From Chrysomallon squamiferum (lineage: Eukaryota > Animalia > Mollusca): 64,000 nucleotides of DNA. Shown here piece by piece: positions 63,351 to 64,000 of the stretch (positions within the stretch are counted from its first letter, which is position 1; each line of letters opens with the position of its first letter). Location of the stretch: NCBI GenBank assembly GCA_012295275.1, contig CM022673.1, positions 4,836,001-4,900,000 of the forward strand, in the 5' to 3' direction. The notes beneath the pieces are model-generated. The model had not been told where the DNA came from. It worked only from the letters and a program-made list of their open reading frames with translations, and ran no database searches. Made by a program: the position numbers and the translations under genes.

Positions 63351-63839
63351 GTAACGAATTGTTTCTGTTTTCATTTTAAATAATGGAGAATATATTGACA
63401 AAATAATATAATGAAAATGATTAGCCCATTTGAATTTCAGTATTATTTTTCTGTATTAAATGTAACTGATAGTGTTGTCTGAAAAATATTAAGAATGTTG
63501 ATGGACTGGATTTATTGCAAAAAAGAAATTTTCTTTAAAGAATAGAAACATTTTAGATGATAATATACTTTGATAAGTGTGGACATATAGAATGAAAAAA
63601 AAATATCTTCATGACTGTATTACATTCTTAATTCATTTGATCATTTTTGAGATACATGTGTATTCAAAAATTTGAATGTGTATAAGCATTATAATTTTGT
63701 TTTCAACAATAACATTTACAGTCACTATACAGCTTTGTAACAGATTATAACTGAAGTAATTACAAAAATTATTTATTCTTAATGTTTATTTTATACATAA
63801 CATAAATCCAGTAACATTTAACATCTGATTAAAACACAG

Positions 63840-63992
63840 GTGATGTAAATGTGAGTCAGGACAGCAGCACTTTGGCTGAGACAAGCATCCTGTCACTGAC
63901 AACTGATGAGGGTCTGGATATGTCACAGAGGTTTACTGACTCCATCTTTACTGGTCCTGATCTAGAACCAGATGGTGAAGAAATAGTCTCAG
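63840..63992 (+). CDS. AKAP9: AKAP9/PCNT-like exon 23 (...TTDEGLDMSQRFTDSIFTGPDLEPDGEEIVS)
   Basis: cacag| ... G|gtagga; 153 nt; resembles AKAP9 EEGTELSQRL..SGFAGTEIDPENEE. Confidence 0.88.
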
Positions 63993-64000
63993 GTAGGAAA

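Larger units (their letters stand above)
13531..63992 (+). other. AKAP9: AKAP9/pericentrin-like centrosomal coiled-coil gene span (23 exons in window; continues beyond the right edge)
   Basis: The N-terminus MDDEERKKKLEAGKER|LAAFRRKK resembles AKAP9 MEDEERQKKLEAGKAKLAQFRQRK. Further family-like blocks: QRDAIIQQLT, AGEALR..ALQEAKAEIL, QAMRLSAEQVYNGQLEL, ELRTYYEK, ANDHLLQTLSDSVKTCMAVEERI, DEGLDMSQR..F.GPDLEPDGEE. All junctions are phase-consistent. Confidence 0.88.

Overview
This is AT-rich, intron-rich metazoan DNA. The dispersed-repeat fragments and motifs suggest a mollusc, probably a gastropod (inference only). Two genes lie head-to-head across a ~1.9 kb interval. (1) MLH1 is on the minus strand: six coding exons from the ATG at 11607 down to 2540 encode the N-terminal GHKL ATPase region, and the gene continues beyond the left edge. 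(2) An AKAP9/pericentrin-family coiled-coil gene is on the plus strand. I could splice 23 exons in frame from the ATG at 13531 to 63992 (~4,100 codons). The gene continues beyond the right edge and no PACT domain is visible. It includes a 5,955-nt exon, a 2,259-nt exon and a 20-kb intron. I found no CRISPR array, tRNA, rRNA or transposase, and no clearly new biological system. The best leads concern locus architecture. The 20-kb intron follows a weak donor that reads through to stop codons, and it contains an in-phase, ATG-bearing candidate first exon (45497-45592), so the gene may yield separable N- and C-terminal products. The giant exon carries 43-aa tandem repeats and clustered TQT-like motifs. 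The shared promoter has a mirror-image 17-bp motif facing each gene. Homology calls come from remembered family sequences, not from a database search.
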